DNA of 64,000 nucleotides, taken from an uncultured Candidatus Saccharibacteria bacterium. Lineage in GTDB: Bacteria; Patescibacteriota; UBA1384; JACPKC01. The notes beneath the pieces were generated by a model, which was not told where the DNA came from, did not search any database, and saw only the letters and a program-made list of their open reading frames with translations. Both the position numbers and the translations under genes were made by a program. Each line of letters starts with the position of its first letter. Positions within the stretch are counted from its first letter, which is position 1. The stretch is taken from contig CAYRGD010000001.1 of assembly GCA_964423885.1 (NCBI GenBank), forward strand, positions 24,156 to 88,155. The letters run 5' to 3'. Below are positions 29,207-38,809 of this stretch, piece by piece.

Positions 29207-31069
29207 CTAGCTATGGAACGGCCGGCGGATAATGAGATACGACACCATGCCCGACAAGACGAAGGCGATAAGCAGCGCCAGGCTCAAGCTGGTACCGGTC
29301 TGGGCGAGCCGCGAGGGCACCGTGGCCGTGGTCACGGTCGACGTCGCCGCCCGCACCGTGATCGTCTGGGTGCCTACCTGGCTGCCGATCCGTACCGTGG
29401 CGGTGTACGTGCCGGGATTCAGGTACGTATGCGACACCGACGCGCCGGTCGCGGTCGTGCCGTCACCGAAGTCCCAGGTGGCTGTCGCCGCATCGGGGCC
29501 CGTGACCGTCCCGGCTACCGTGAGCGGCGAGCTACCCGAGGTCGGCGTGAACGAATAGGTGAACGTCGGGGCTACGGGAGCGGACGCGATCGTGAAGCTG
29601 GCCGACTTCGTCTTGACCGTGCCGGCGTGCTCGTACGTCACGGTTACGGTGTACGGGCCGTCGGGCACGTGGGCGCCCGCGTCGTTCTTCTGATCCCACG
29701 TCCATGACTTGGAGCCGCCCGCCGCTAGCGTGGCTGCGGCTTGGGTCGAAATGGGCGAGAAGACACCCGTGGTGCCGCTCTTGATCCCGAACGGCGCGCC
29801 ATTGGGCAGCGTCAGCGGGTCGGTGCTCACGTTCTTCAAGCTGAACACCACCGGCTCGGCCGGGTCGTAGACGCTCTTCGACAGCGTCAGCACGGCATCG
29901 TCGGCAGTGTTGGGCGTCACCGTGACGGTTTTCTGTGATGTCTGGGTTGTGCCGTTCTGGGTCTGCGTCAGCGTGACTACGTACGAACCCGATGTCGCAT
30001 AGGTGTGCGACAAGTCTGCCCAGCCGCACGTCGTTGTCCCTATGCCGGTGCAGAGCGGCTGCTGGTCCTGGGCAGGCGAGCCGTCGCCCCAGTCCCAACG
30101 TTTCGTCACCCCGGTCGGGGTCGCGTCCGAATGGCCGGTGACCGTGAGCGGCGCCATGCCGCTAAGCGGTGTCACCGAAAACGAAATCGGGGCAGGGGAC
30201 GGGGGAGCCGGCGTCGAGACGGCCACGGTCTTCTGCGCGCTGAACGGATCCGAGGTGAGCCTGATTTGGTACGAGCCCGACGACTGGTAGGTGTGGGTCA
30301 CGGTCGCTGATCCGTTTTGGCTGGTTTGGCCGTCGCCGAAGTCCCAGTTCAAGACCAGGCCGGCTGCCTGCGTGCCGGTGTAGGTGGCGGTTACGGCAAG
30401 CGGGGCGGTGCCGCTCGCTGGCGTCACGGTAAAGTCGAAGTTGCTGATCGGCAGGTGCGGCGTGCCGAAGCTCAAGTCGTCGATCGCGACCGCGTACGAC
30501 TGCGACGCATTCTGTTTCTTGATCTCGAACTTGGCGATGCCGGTGCTGCTCCCCTTGGTCAATGTGACCGGGACGCTGTCGCAGCCGTTCCCGGTGCTCA
30601 CTACCTTGGATTCGATGGTTCCCCCGCCGATGTCGTAGCTCGTGACCACGGCGTTATTGAATTTGGTCAGCAGCACCACGGTCGACAGGCTGTCCACGAC
30701 CCGTCCGTTCGTGAAGCCGACGGTCAGCCCGTACGGGTCGAACGACCCGCCGGATTGGACGACCAAGGCGTTCGGCTGCGACGGTGCGCCGCTCCAGCCT
30801 TGGCAGATGCCGCTCGTGTCCGGCACGTAGAGCCGTGCGCCATCGCCCGCGCCCGACGAGTCGACGTAGATGCCCTGGGCGGCGTAGGCGTTATGGTCGA
30901 TCACCCCTTGGCCGCGGTCGTCGAAATGCAACACGGTCGTCACAGAATCCGCCTGCGACTGCTGGTTGGTGACCACACCCCAGTACCCGATGGATATCGA
31001 GAAAATCGCCACGGTCGCGCCGATGGCGGCACGGATCCTGCGCTGAATGCTGTCGACTGGTTTGGCCAC
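29207..31069 (-). CDS. PKD-domain surface protein with a C-terminal LAQTG-TM-basic tail
   Basis: Three WD[FW]GDG...HTY PKD repeats, an FlgD/BsuPI-like Ig domain and an N-terminal TM/signal. Start taken at GTG 31069 after AGGAGGG. Confidence 0.85.
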   Translation of the reverse strand: MAKPVDSIQRRIRAAIGATVAIFSISIGYWGVVTNQQSQADSVTTVLHFDDRGQGVIDHNAYAAQGIYVDSSGAGDGARLYVPDTSGICQGWSGAPSQPNALVVQSGGSFDPYGLTVGFTNGRVVDSLSTVVLLTKFNNAVVTSYDIGGGTIESKVVSTGNGCDSVPVTLTKGSSTGIAKFEIKKQNASQSYAVAIDDLSFGTPHLPISNFDFTVTPASGTAPLAVTATYTGTQAAGLVLNWDFGDGQTSQNGSATVTHTYQSSGSYQIRLTSDPFSAQKTVAVSTPAPPSPAPISFSVTPLSGMAPLTVTGHSDATPTGVTKRWDWGDGSPAQDQQPLCTGIGTTTCGWADLSHTYATSGSYVVTLTQTQNGTTQTSQKTVTVTPNTADDAVLTLSKSVYDPAEPVVFSLKNVSTDPLTLPNGAPFGIKSGTTGVFSPISTQAAATLAAGGSKSWTWDQKNDAGAHVPDGPYTVTVTYEHAGTVKTKSASFTIASAPVAPTFTYSFTPTSGSSPLTVAGTVTGPDAATATWDFGDGTTATGASVSHTYLNPGTYTATVRIGSQVGTQTITVRAATSTVTTATVPSRLAQTGTSLSLALLIAFVLSGMVSYLIIRRPFHS

Positions 31070-31169
31070 GGTTCCCTCCTTACGCGTTGCGGTTGTTGCC
31101 ACTATACCCTACTGCGACTTGTGGATGGCGGGCTTTGCTATACTGGCACCACAGGAACGGAGGGACAGC

Positions 31170-31598
31170 GTGCTCAACGGATCGGCCAAGCGGAGCCTCA
31201 TCATTGTCGTAGCGTGCGTCGTGTTGCTCGTTGTCTTTGGTGCGACATACTATCTCTATACGCGCCGCTTAGCGGTAGTTGCGGAAGAGAACTCGCCCGT
31301 ACGTGGCACGGTCATCCAGGCGATTGGCAACAGTATCACGCTCCGGGATTTTGGTGAGGACGGTATGCTGTCCGACGATGATCAGACGCTCTTCTATGCA
31401 CTTACTGCGGATACTGTTGTTCGTGCGCCGCGCGCTGACGGCAGACTCGTTCAGACTGGCCTAGGCGCAGTGTATGTGGTGGGAGCTTTGGTCGTAGTTC
31501 GTGAAACGGCCGATGCCGGCAACGGTCTGGTCGAGCTACGCGCTGCTGACGTACTGTACACGCCTCCTGTGACGCCTGAGCAAGAGGAGACGCCGTGA
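31170..31598 (+). CDS. Single-TM protein with a small beta-barrel (DUF5666-like) domain; paralog of 33227-33631
   Basis: GTG after GGAGGG; N-terminal TM; VRGTVIQAIGNSITLR. Confidence 0.7.
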   Translation: MLNGSAKRSLIIVVACVVLLVVFGATYYLYTRRLAVVAEENSPVRGTVIQAIGNSITLRDFGEDGMLSDDDQTLFYALTADTVVRAPRADGRLVQTGLGAVYVVGALVVVRETADAGNGLVELRAADVLYTPPVTPEQEETP

Positions 31599-32017
31599 CC
31601 GCACTCTACAATGTTGGTATTGGCGTGGTTGTCACCGTGCATATCGCATGGATCGCGATCATGTTGGCAGGAGCGGGCGCATCGCTCTTGGGTTTGCTGC
31701 GCCGCCGGCCGGTTCTCGAAGCGGGATACCTGGTTGCGATTGCGTTGACCGCGCTCAATCGCGTAGTTAGTCCAGATGTTTGTTGGTTGACCCAGGCCGA
31801 ACTCGTGTTGCGCCAGCTCGCTGGCCAGCCGATTACGCGCCTGGGGTTTATCGAGCGCGGCTTTGCTGCCTTGGGACTGTCGGTCAGTAGCTCCTTCATT
31901 ATGACCGCAGAAACCGCCTGGTTTATGATCGGCATAGGTGCCACCCTGGCGTGGCATCTTGGCAGCCTGATACAACGTAACAAAAGGCGCGGTAGCATTG
32001 GAGCGGAGGAAGCATGA
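31595..32017 (+). CDS. DUF2784-like membrane protein
   Basis: VHIAWI...CWLTQAE..LR..AG...GFIE pattern; stop/start overlaps on both sides. Confidence 0.65.
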   Translation: MTALYNVGIGVVVTVHIAWIAIMLAGAGASLLGLLRRRPVLEAGYLVAIALTALNRVVSPDVCWLTQAELVLRQLAGQPITRLGFIERGFAALGLSVSSSFIMTAETAWFMIGIGATLAWHLGSLIQRNKRRGSIGAEEA

Positions 32018-33192
32018 CACTACTGCGACGGACAATCGGGTTGTTTTTAATCGCATGTGCTGCAATTTCGGCATTCATGTTCAGTTTTCCGACCACTGCC
32101 GTAGCGGAAGTCCCCTGTATTAACACCGTCTATAATAATAACTGCACGACTGGTTCGTCGGGAACTTCAGGAACCGAGGCGCGGATGGCCCAGATTTCGC
32201 AGGTCAATCCCAGACAATGCGCCGCAAGTACTCTTTTTAATGCACTTGCGGGATATTCGACGGAAGGCGATACCGTCGTCTACACCTCGGAAGCTGTCCC
32301 AGGTATGACCCAAGTGCCAGGCTCGGGCCAATTCTCGACCGTCTATCGGGACGGCGCACCCATTGGCACAGCATCAACTACATTGAACGTGCTTGGCTGG
32401 CAAACGTTCCCCAACTCTCCATCCGGGGTTCACACGTACCGCGTCGACACGTATTTTGAGGCGCTTATTCCCACAGGATCCACGCTGGGTTATAACGTGA
32501 GCGTCGCATCCCCGGCTTTTGCGCCGCAAACGCGCCGAGGGCGCGACGTAACCATCACGAGTCCTGACGCGAGCTGCTCCCCAGGTAATTCAGGAGGGGG
32601 CTCTGCTCCCACTCCTACTCAGCCAACTGCGCCGCAGTCGATCGCGTTACAGACGCCGCAAGCATCCTGCGCGGGTACCGTCGCCCAGGTGCCGCTTGCG
32701 TGGTCCAGTACACTCACTCGTAACCAGAAGCAACTTACCTCTCGTGACGATACCGGTTTAGCAGGAGCGCTCGAGGTAGCGTATATCGCTCCTATCGAAA
32801 TTCCCTTAGCTACGGTCCAATACCAAGTCTTTCGCGACTCGTTTGTGATCGCGAATAACATTACCGGTACTACATATGCCGACGCTGCTGCACCGGCGGG
32901 ATCGCACACCTACTACATTGCGGGGGTAAGCAGTTCGTATAATACGTACCAGAGCGAGCCGAAAACCGTGACGGTGCCTGATTGTGGCGGCAATACGCCT
33001 ACGCCTCCGACTCCGGTAACGCCTCCTGTCACCGTGACGCCGCCGACGATGACGGTGCAGATCCAGGGCGCGGGCGCGGTCAAGCCGAACCAGACCTACC
33101 AGTACTGCGCGATCTTGAACGGCCTCTATATTCCCTCGGGCAGTACTGCCGCTCAGGCGGTACCGGCGCTGTGCAAGCCGCCGTACGAATGA
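32014..33192 (+). CDS. Secreted Cys-containing protein with FN3-like modules
   Basis: Signal peptide; V[YF]RD...HTY modules; C-terminal part is similar to an internal segment of 33628-37146. Confidence 0.75.
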   Translation: MTLLRRTIGLFLIACAAISAFMFSFPTTAVAEVPCINTVYNNNCTTGSSGTSGTEARMAQISQVNPRQCAASTLFNALAGYSTEGDTVVYTSEAVPGMTQVPGSGQFSTVYRDGAPIGTASTTLNVLGWQTFPNSPSGVHTYRVDTYFEALIPTGSTLGYNVSVASPAFAPQTRRGRDVTITSPDASCSPGNSGGGSAPTPTQPTAPQSIALQTPQASCAGTVAQVPLAWSSTLTRNQKQLTSRDDTGLAGALEVAYIAPIEIPLATVQYQVFRDSFVIANNITGTTYADAAAPAGSHTYYIAGVSSSYNTYQSEPKTVTVPDCGGNTPTPPTPVTPPVTVTPPTMTVQIQGAGAVKPNQTYQYCAILNGLYIPSGSTAAQAVPALCKPPYE

Positions 33193-33226
33193 TGCTATAC
33201 TGGCTGCAATGCAGGAGGGCGTTAGT

Positions 33227-33631
33227 ATGAGGAATCCATCAACTGGACGGACTATCGTTGTCGGTTTGATCGCAATCGCGCTGATTGCAGGTGGCGTCTA
33301 CGCCTATCAGCGTACCCGGAATAGCTCGGCGGTTGCGGTGCCGACCGACCCGCAGACGCTGCTGGCCGTCAACAGCCAAGTGATCGACGCGACCGGTAAC
33401 ACGGTCACCGTCCGCAGCATGGTCTATCCCGACGTGGTGCTGACGGTGGCGTTCACCGATGCGACCACGTACGGCAAAACGCAACCCGACGGCACCGTGT
33501 CCGACGAACTGCCATTCGATTTTGTAATCGGTGACATCGTGACCGTCCCTGCGCTGCACGTTGCCGATACGGGCCTGATCGAAGTCGACCAAGTAGTGCT
33601 CGTGCAAGCATTCCCGGGAGGACGGCCATGA
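33227..33631 (+). CDS. Single-TM small beta-barrel protein; paralog of 31170-31598
   Basis: ATG after AGGAGGG; N-terminal TM; VNSQVIDATGNTVTVR...FTDATTY...IGDIVTV. Confidence 0.75.
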   Translation: MRNPSTGRTIVVGLIAIALIAGGVYAYQRTRNSSAVAVPTDPQTLLAVNSQVIDATGNTVTVRSMVYPDVVLTVAFTDATTYGKTQPDGTVSDELPFDFVIGDIVTVPALHVADTGLIEVDQVVLVQAFPGGRP

Positions 33632-36600
33632 ACGCTCGTCTTATTGGCACGATCGCGGCTTCCTTTTTTGTGCTGCTGCTTGGCGCGGGATCTGCTGATG
33701 CAGCCCGAGTTACCGATCGAGTGGGAGGCAGTACTCCGGTTGGTCCTCACTGTGGCGGTCCGGGTGGCTATATGCCGAATGCGCGCTATACGAACTGGGG
33801 CATCACTCAATACGGCAACCCGCCGTATGACTGGGTTCGCTGCTCCGCGCAGCCACCAGCGGGCCGGACGAGCGACGGCCTCGAATACGGCAGTCCTCGG
33901 TATATCAGTCCGGAAATTTTGAGTTACTGGCGCACGAATTCACTTCCGTTTCTGCCCCGTGACTTCGGTGTCTCCGATCCCTATTACTATATAGGCCTCG
34001 ATAGCAACGTCCAGCAGCTTGAGGTCGAAGAGTTGTCCTTTTTGGCATATCGGATCGAGACGTCGACGGAGAGCGGCGGTGGCTCGTCGTGCAATCCGCT
34101 CACCGGTCTTTGCAATCCGTTGATAGGCGGCTTGGGAGGCGGTGGCAAGGGTGGTGGCGGCCGCGTCAAGATCTATCTCCCAGCCACGAGCACGTCGAAA
34201 CTGGTCAACATTGAAACTGGCGAGACATTTTTCAGCGAGACCGCCAATAGCAACCCGCCTCGGGAATCAGGCTCGACCGCGAACGGCTGTTTTCCGTACT
34301 TTGGCAACTCGGTCCGAACCGGGGCTAGTATGTCCAGCTGCTTCAATATCAGCGTTCCCAGGAAGGTAGTGCTTACCAAGCAGCAAAAGAACGACATGTA
34401 TAAAGTCGTGCTGGCCAACGAAGTAACACCGTCGGGCCCTTGGACGCTCGTGTCTGATTGCAGCTATAACACAGGAGTGTTAGGAACACAGGTACAATCC
34501 GGAGGCTCATGCCTATTTCAGCTTGGCGCAAGCGCATCCTATGCTGGGCAGCCAATTGCCTTCGAAGGTAATGGATCCAGTGCTGCCGCAGCCTCGCTCT
34601 GTATGGGCGGTGGCGTCCTGAGCTCGTGCACACCGCAGCCCATTAATAAAGTGTTCGTTACTGGTGGGATGGAGATGAATACCTCCCGCCTGTCGGCATC
34701 GGAAAGTCCACTTGGGACGCTCCCGACCCCGCCACCACCGCCCAAGATCCCGCTCAATAACCCGACCACCGGCTGCTCGAATAATAAGGCGTACGTGACG
34801 CTGACATGGTCGGCACCGTCGGGCGTTGCATTGAAGCCTGGCGCCACCGTGTTCCGTGACAACGTCGCGATCGGTAGCGTGGGCACAGGCACTACCTTTA
34901 CCGACAGCGCTCCGTTGCCTGGTGCGCACGCCTACTTCGTGAGCGGTGCGGATGCGTCCTATACCGTGATTAAGAGCGATCCTAAGACCATTACCACAGC
35001 ACCGGGTTGTATCCCGGCGGGGATCACCGTGGAATTGTCCGGGCCCACGAGCGACCTCAAACGGAACAGCCAGTACCAGTACACGGCAACGGTAAAGAAC
35101 AGTGTGACCGGTGAAACGCTTCCGATCTCATCGGGTGGCACGCCGGGTGGAATGACGACCATTAATTTCGACGGCGAGTCGCGCGGTTTCAAGGGCACCA
35201 ACGCGTGGGCGTCGCGGGGATTGATCGTGGAGTCCGGCATAGCGCCGTCGATTCCTGGCGACGGTGCGTCGCTGGTTGCGGCCGGCAGTGCCGCGTGCCC
35301 GGGGTACGTCGCGCCGTCGTCACCCAGCTACATGATCGGTCACGAACCGCGGTTCGGGGATGCGGCCTGGCTATCGTTCAAGCTGAAATTCGTTGACAGC
35401 AAGGTAGTCGACCAAGCGACGTTCAAGGTGGTGCACGGCGGTACGTCCGCGATCCGGGTACAGGCGATCGATACCGCTGGCCGCGTCATTAGCGACCGGA
35501 CGGTTGGCGGCCCGGGCAGCGGTGTCTGCGTCGGGTCGGCCCAAGTCGTGTCGCTTGCTAAAGGCAGCACGACCGGCATCGCGGAAATCCGCATCGGCCG
35601 CACCGACGAGGCGTCGTTGACCAACGAAGCGCTCCGCACCAACGGGTTCGGCATCGACGACCTGTCGTACAGCCAGCCCCATAGTCCCGGCGAATCGATC
35701 ACCTGGTCGCTCGTCAATAACCGGATCGGATCGCTGTCGCCCACGACCGCCACGCCGACCACCTTGTCGACCGGGTCGAGCTGCGCGATCGGTACTGCCA
35801 CTGACATGGTGGCTGCCACGGTTACGGCCGTAATCGGCGGTCAGACGCTGACCGGTACTGGGTCGCTGCCGGTGGCTATGCAGGATCCGTGTGCCACGCC
35901 GACCGGCACCGCACCGTATGCGGTCGATGACCAGGCTGCGACTACCGTAGGCACTCCGATAGCTATTCCGGTGCTTGCCAACGACGGTGATATCGACAAC
36001 GACCTCGACCCGTCGAGCCTGGCCGTGGCCGCGCAACCGGCCACTGGAACGGGTACGGTCACTAAGACCGGCACGCAGCTGACGTACAACCCGGGTGCGT
36101 TTACTGGTCCGACCGCTTCATTCATGTACCGCATCTGCGATGCGGGCAGCCGCTGCTCGACCGCCAGTGTCCAGGTGACCATCCTACCTGTGCCGACCGA
36201 TATCACCTATGCCTGGTCGGTAGACCGGCCGGATAGTACGCACAAGGAATTCGGCGATTTGGCTGCGGCCAACGTCAACCCGGTCAAATTCACGACCGGC
36301 GAGAACTGTACGCTACTCAACGCCTTCGGTCCGGTGACGCTCAAGCTCGACGTCACGGCGAAATTGAACGGGCAGGCCGTAACCGGCACGGCGTCGAAGA
36401 TCCTGTCCGCTGCCAGCGTCTGCGGCGGTAACATCGTCGGCGATATCTTTGGGGGCGGCAGTGGTACCGGCACTGGTGTGTCCGGCTTGAGCGTTGGGCG
36501 GAACTCGGTAGTGTCGTCGACCGGCAAGGTGAGTGTCGGGCGGAACCAGGAAACCACGAACACCTACAATATCGAGAACTACGACCCGACGTCGGGATTG

Positions 36601-37146
36601 GCTTGGAGCGATGTGCAGGCTAAGTCCGAGTGCACCACGAAGCAGCTTATTACGCAGAAGGCGAAAACGATCGGGAGCTCGATCGGCGGGACGTTCAACT
36701 TGAATCCAGCCGGTGCCAGCAATCCCGAAGGCGGCGTCTGGTATGCGGCGGGCGATCTCACGATCGCGAACGGTACCACCTTCGTGGGCAAGGGCACGAT
36801 CATCGCTGGTGGCAAGGTAACGGTAGCCGGCACGGTGTCATACGGATCAGGTGGCAACTTAGGCGTCATCGCCTGCGGGAGCGAGGCGTCAGCGACCGCG
36901 CCGAAAGCGATCTCGTTCGTAGGCATCCAAGGCAGCAGTATCGTCGGCGCGTACTTCGCCCCGAACGGCACGATCCGGTTCGGTACGAACATCGACCGCG
37001 CAGTGGGTCTGTTCGTAGGTAACGCGTTGCAGCTCGACCCGTCGCTCACGAATCTGACGATCCTCTACGACGAACAGATCACCGCCTCGCCGCCACCTGG
37101 GTTCAGCCAGTCGTTCGTCCCGGCACTCACGGAATCGGGCTCGTAA
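33628..37146 (+). CDS. Large secreted adhesin-like protein (1172 aa), probably pilus-associated
   Basis: Signal peptide, Cys-rich N-terminus, FN3-like module and Ig-like module (AVDD...IPVLANDGDID). The C-terminus is G-rich and beta-helix-like (GKGTIIAGG, GAYFAP). Lies immediately upstream of the pilN-like gene. Confidence 0.8.
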   Translation: MNARLIGTIAASFFVLLLGAGSADAARVTDRVGGSTPVGPHCGGPGGYMPNARYTNWGITQYGNPPYDWVRCSAQPPAGRTSDGLEYGSPRYISPEILSYWRTNSLPFLPRDFGVSDPYYYIGLDSNVQQLEVEELSFLAYRIETSTESGGGSSCNPLTGLCNPLIGGLGGGGKGGGGRVKIYLPATSTSKLVNIETGETFFSETANSNPPRESGSTANGCFPYFGNSVRTGASMSSCFNISVPRKVVLTKQQKNDMYKVVLANEVTPSGPWTLVSDCSYNTGVLGTQVQSGGSCLFQLGASASYAGQPIAFEGNGSSAAAASLCMGGGVLSSCTPQPINKVFVTGGMEMNTSRLSASESPLGTLPTPPPPPKIPLNNPTTGCSNNKAYVTLTWSAPSGVALKPGATVFRDNVAIGSVGTGTTFTDSAPLPGAHAYFVSGADASYTVIKSDPKTITTAPGCIPAGITVELSGPTSDLKRNSQYQYTATVKNSVTGETLPISSGGTPGGMTTINFDGESRGFKGTNAWASRGLIVESGIAPSIPGDGASLVAAGSAACPGYVAPSSPSYMIGHEPRFGDAAWLSFKLKFVDSKVVDQATFKVVHGGTSAIRVQAIDTAGRVISDRTVGGPGSGVCVGSAQVVSLAKGSTTGIAEIRIGRTDEASLTNEALRTNGFGIDDLSYSQPHSPGESITWSLVNNRIGSLSPTTATPTTLSTGSSCAIGTATDMVAATVTAVIGGQTLTGTGSLPVAMQDPCATPTGTAPYAVDDQAATTVGTPIAIPVLANDGDIDNDLDPSSLAVAAQPATGTGTVTKTGTQLTYNPGAFTGPTASFMYRICDAGSRCSTASVQVTILPVPTDITYAWSVDRPDSTHKEFGDLAAANVNPVKFTTGENCTLLNAFGPVTLKLDVTAKLNGQAVTGTASKILSAASVCGGNIVGDIFGGGSGTGTGVSGLSVGRNSVVSSTGKVSVGRNQETTNTYNIENYDPTSGLAWSDVQAKSECTTKQLITQKAKTIGSSIGGTFNLNPAGASNPEGGVWYAAGDLTIANGTTFVGKGTIIAGGKVTVAGTVSYGSGGNLGVIACGSEASATAPKAISFVGIQGSSIVGAYFAPNGTIRFGTNIDRAVGLFVGNALQLDPSLTNLTILYDEQITASPPPGFSQSFVPALTESGS

Positions 37147-37215
37147 GCGGAGTTATCCGCAGGTGGCCGGAACGGTCCGGCCCGCGTATACTGTCGTAAC
37201 AGACATCGGAGGGGC

Positions 37216-37956
37216 ATGCTTGATTTGAGGGGCACGAATTCGGCACCGAAGCCGGCGCAGCAGCCGGTAGCAGCGGGCGTACCGACGGTCGGCGCGAACG
37301 ACGTCTCGTTCACGCCTGCGCCGCGCCGTTCGTCGCCCATTTTGGAAACCGGCAGCGCCGGCCCTGGCAAGACGATCCAAGGGGTAGGGGCGGGGCGCAC
37401 CAACGACCCGATCGTGATGGTCGTCGCCTTGGTGTCCGTGGCGCTCGCGGGCGTGACCGGGCTCGTTGCCAGCTACTTGTCTGTGCAGCAGGCCTCGCGC
37501 CTGACCACGGCCACGAACCAGTACGATTCCTTGGTGGCGCAGCGGACCACCGGCACCACCGGCGATAACCTCAAGCTTATCGAAACCACGGCCGCGCAGC
37601 TCACCGCCTTGCAAGGCGCGACGGCCACGAGTACGCCGTGGGCCGGCCTGCTCGACGTCTTCGCGAGCCAGGTGCCGGGCGCGATCCAGCTCAAGAGCAG
37701 CACCTTCGATTCCAGAACCAGCCTCGTGACGATTACCGGCAGCGGCAACGCCTACGAAGACGTCGCTCATCTGGCGGCGGCGCTCGGCGCGTCCGACCGG
37801 TTCAAGGACGTGGCGCTCCAGTCGGCCGCGTCGGTCGTGACCGACACCTCGTCGCAGATCGACTTCTCGCTCGCGGCCACGTACGTGCCGGTGGCGCCTG
37901 CCGCCCAAGCGGCCGCGTCAGGCACCGGTACCGCTACCCAAGGAGCCACGCAATGA
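37216..37956 (+). CDS. pilN: PilN-domain type IV pilus alignment protein
   Basis: TM, coiled coil, W..LL......VP..IQL and ITGSG..YEDVAHL...L..S.RFKDV; first gene of the T4P operon. Confidence 0.8.
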   Translation: MLDLRGTNSAPKPAQQPVAAGVPTVGANDVSFTPAPRRSSPILETGSAGPGKTIQGVGAGRTNDPIVMVVALVSVALAGVTGLVASYLSVQQASRLTTATNQYDSLVAQRTTGTTGDNLKLIETTAAQLTALQGATATSTPWAGLLDVFASQVPGAIQLKSSTFDSRTSLVTITGSGNAYEDVAHLAAALGASDRFKDVALQSAASVVTDTSSQIDFSLAATYVPVAPAAQAAASGTGTATQGATQ

Positions 37957-38546
37957 GCACCGACGCCCAGCCTGCGAGCGCACGCTCGAACGATATCCTG
38001 TGGACGGCCGTCGGTCTGTTGGGCGTAGCTGCCATGGGCTACTTCTACGTCGCGCCCGCCATCGCCAAGCTGAAAGAATCCCGGGCTGCCGCCCAGGCCA
38101 AGCAGAACGACGTTACGGCGATGACCGACCAGATCGCACAGATCGACCAGATCGGCCAGCAGCTGGCCGCCCAAACGGAAAGCCTGAAGCTGTTGAACCT
38201 GGCAGTGCCGGCCACCCCGGCCTTCGACCAATTGCTCATGGCGCTGGCTGCGATGGCGTCTCAGTCGGGTGTCGAACTGTCCACGGTCACGCCGGCGGTC
38301 GGCAGTACCGGCGCGTCGACCCCGTCGGCATCGGTGTCGGTCAAAGGGACGTATACCGGGATCCACCTGTTCCTCGAAAACGCGGCGAAGAACATCCGCC
38401 CGCTCACGATCACGAACCTGGGGCTCGCGGCCGCGACGGTCGAAGGCCAGGCCACGCCGCTCATTACTGCCACCATGACCATGACCGCCGCGCAGGCCGT
38501 GCTGCCCACCGATCCGGCCGCGACGCCCGAAGGGAGCCAGCAATGA
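37953..38546 (+). CDS. pilO: PilO-like type IV pilus protein
   Basis: TM, coiled coil and VSVKGTY....FLE...KNIRPLTI; follows pilN. Confidence 0.78.
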   Translation: MSTDAQPASARSNDILWTAVGLLGVAAMGYFYVAPAIAKLKESRAAAQAKQNDVTAMTDQIAQIDQIGQQLAAQTESLKLLNLAVPATPAFDQLLMALAAMASQSGVELSTVTPAVGSTGASTPSASVSVKGTYTGIHLFLENAAKNIRPLTITNLGLAAATVEGQATPLITATMTMTAAQAVLPTDPAATPEGSQQ

Positions 38547-38800
38547 CCGCGCAACAGACCACGATCGCTGCCAGCGTCGCGCTCCTTGCCGTGCTGCTCG
38601 GGTTCGGTATCTGGCTCATTGCATTGTCGAACCCGTCTCCCGAACTTGTTGCCGCCAAGGAACAGCCGCCCCAGCCGCTGCCGAGCTTGAGCGTCGACCA
38701 GCTACAGCAGCAGGCAGGGAGCCGCCAGATTTTCGGCGCGCTGCCGATTGATCTCAACCTGGCCGCGCTCGGCCGTCTCGACCCGTTCGCGAACCGGTAG
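38543..38800 (+). CDS. Small single-TM pilus accessory protein in the PilP position
   Basis: 85 aa with an N-terminal TM and a C-terminal GRLDPF motif; overlaps the pilO stop. Confidence 0.65.
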   Translation: MTAQQTTIAASVALLAVLLGFGIWLIALSNPSPELVAAKEQPPQPLPSLSVDQLQQQAGSRQIFGALPIDLNLAALGRLDPFANR

Positions 38801-38809
38801 GGGAACAGT

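Noticed and set aside
31170-37146. Diversity-generating retroelement or shufflon behind the adhesin variation
   Set aside because: No reverse transcriptase, recombinase, near-identical TR/VR pair or inverted recombination sites were seen. The similarity between cassettes is at the protein level only.
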